Source: Vitrella brassicaformis CCMP3155 (taxonomy: Eukaryota > Protista > Chromerida). Taken from it: a stretch of DNA of 8,232 nt. The stretch lies in assembly GCA_001179505.1 (NCBI GenBank), contig CDMY01000957.1, positions 1 to 8,232 on the forward strand, written 5' to 3'. A program made the position numbers and the translations under genes. Shown piece by piece: positions 7,134-8,232 of this stretch. The notes under the pieces were generated by a model, which had not been told where the DNA came from, searched no databases, and saw nothing but the letters and a program-made list of their open reading frames with translations. Position 1 is the stretch's first letter; each line of letters begins with the position of its first letter.

Positions 7134-8232
7134 AGATGAGGTCTGAAGTGGCGCGCGGCACGTACTGCTCGACGAACGCCTCCCGCAGCTCATTCCAGCT
7201 GCCGCGAGTCGCCTCAGGCAAGTTGTACCACCAGGCGGCTGCACTGCTCCCCGGCTTGAGCTGCTTGTGGAACATCTGCGGCCTCATCTGAAGGGCTACG
7301 GCTGCCTCGTCGAACCACGTCTCCAACTCTCTCAACCACTCCTTTGCTGGCATGCCATCATCGCCACTGAAGGGGGACGGCTTCAGCTCTTTCATCGCCC
7401 GCCGCTGCTGCTCACGTTCCTCATCTCGTCTCAACTTCTCTTCGTATGCTCGCCTCGTGTGCTCGCGAGCCACCATATCATTCCACTCTCTGCTCAAGTC
7501 ATCATCTTCTCTCTCGGGCCCATCCTCGAAGAGGGGGCCGAGGTATCCGTCACAGCCCCTCTCATCTCGTCGGCAATCGTCTCGTCGGTCCCTATCGCGG
7601 TCACCACCACGTCGCCCCTCTCCACCAGCACCGTCACGGCGACCTCCATTGTTCTCTCCACCAGGCCCCCGTCCTCCGTTGTTGCCACGTCCACCACCAC
7701 GGCCCCCAGGGTTTCTGTCCGGCCAATCTGGGTCGCCGCTTCCGCCGGCTGTTGTATACGCAGCGGCCGCGCGTGTCGGCTGGTTGGTGTGGTGGGCTTG
7801 CTGGTTGGACGCTGCGACGACGGGTGGAGCCTCGATGTGTCGCACTGCGGTGAAGGGGACTTGGTGGTCTTGCCCCTGGGCAGATGTTCGCTGCAGGATA
7901 CGGACGGGTGGGCGGTGGTCCTCATTGGGCGCATTATGTGGATGGTTTTGCTGAGCCGACGATGCGCTCTGCCCTGACTGCCCTGCGATCCTCGGGTCAA
8001 TCGATACGAGTCGGGGAATCTGTGGGCGAGGCTGTTGCTGCGGGTGCATCACCTCTGGCTGGTGCTGTTGGTGTGCTTCCGCCTCTCGGCCAACCTCTCG
8101 TGTGCCTCTCTCGCGTGCAGCAGCCCTTCCGCGTGCGGCCGCACCCCCCGCACACTCAGCAGACGCGCCCGGGATCGATGCCGTGCGATCGGGTGGGCGG
8201 GTGGGGATCTCCGAAACCTCCGGGAGATGGAT
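7134..8232 (-). CDS. gag: Gag protein, copy A (N-terminal region and first half of the capsid); open at both the window edge and the gap
   Basis: 7134-8198 aligns with 5760-6833 at ~96% identity (about 42 substitutions counted by eye plus one 9-bp in-frame indel). The frame stays open to 8232 (IHLPEVSEIPTRPPDRTAS...). Confidence 0.85.

Larger units (their letters stand above)
2966..8232 (-). mobile_element. Ty3/gypsy-type LTR retroelement region, apparently gag-only, running off the right edge of the window
   Basis: Retrotransposon gag capsid domain on the minus strand, with a candidate PPT/LTR at the left end. No RT, RNase H or integrase motifs were recognised between the gag stop (5011) and the candidate LTR. 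The left boundary is tentative. Confidence 0.6.

Noticed and set aside
4970-7977. Long + strand and alternative-frame ORFs over gag (e.g. 4970-5545, 5893-6501, 5978-6589, 7267-7977, 7352-7954)
   Set aside because: These are shadow ORFs of a GC-rich, low-complexity coding strand. They are Ser/Arg/Pro-rich mirror sequences with no recognisable domain.
5011-8052. 1013-aa ORF as a single protein
   Set aside because: It reads through 300 N, which happens to preserve the frame, and joins two copies of the same region. The ORF is also open upstream of 8052 to the window edge.
8047-8232. Alternative upstream minus-strand frame (…AEGLLHAREAHERLAERRKH…SQR*) ending in a TGATG overlap with the gag ATG
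   Set aside because: Of five substitutions between copies in this stretch, two are synonymous in the gag frame and none in the alternative frame, which favours simple N-terminal extension of gag.

Overview
Eukaryotic genomic DNA with short microsatellite-rich spliceosomal introns and high GC. The style suggests a chromerid alveolate such as Vitrella (inference only). (1) 475-1756 (+): a multi-exon gene missed by the ORF track. By manual splicing it encodes a C3HC4 RING finger split over three exons, a candidate ubiquitin-binding helix and a degenerate FKBP-type PPIase domain. It uses a 20-nt micro-exon and probably a GC-AG intron. The FKBP C-terminal half occurs twice in tandem: copy 1 is frameshifted, while copy 2 is in the frame of the N-half but lies behind stop codons. 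(2) 1990-2760: microsatellites and a ~60-bp minisatellite. (3) ~2966-8232 (-): a Ty3/gypsy-type retroelement region. Gag is present as two ~96% identical copies on either side of a 300-N assembly gap, and it ends at 5011 with no zinc knuckle and no recognisable pol. About 1.57 kb of non-pol sequence follows, then a candidate PPT and a candidate ~473-bp LTR, which suggests a gag-only non-autonomous element. The 1013-aa ORF in the track is an artefact of reading through the gap. No database searches were run; all family calls come from motif recognition by eye.
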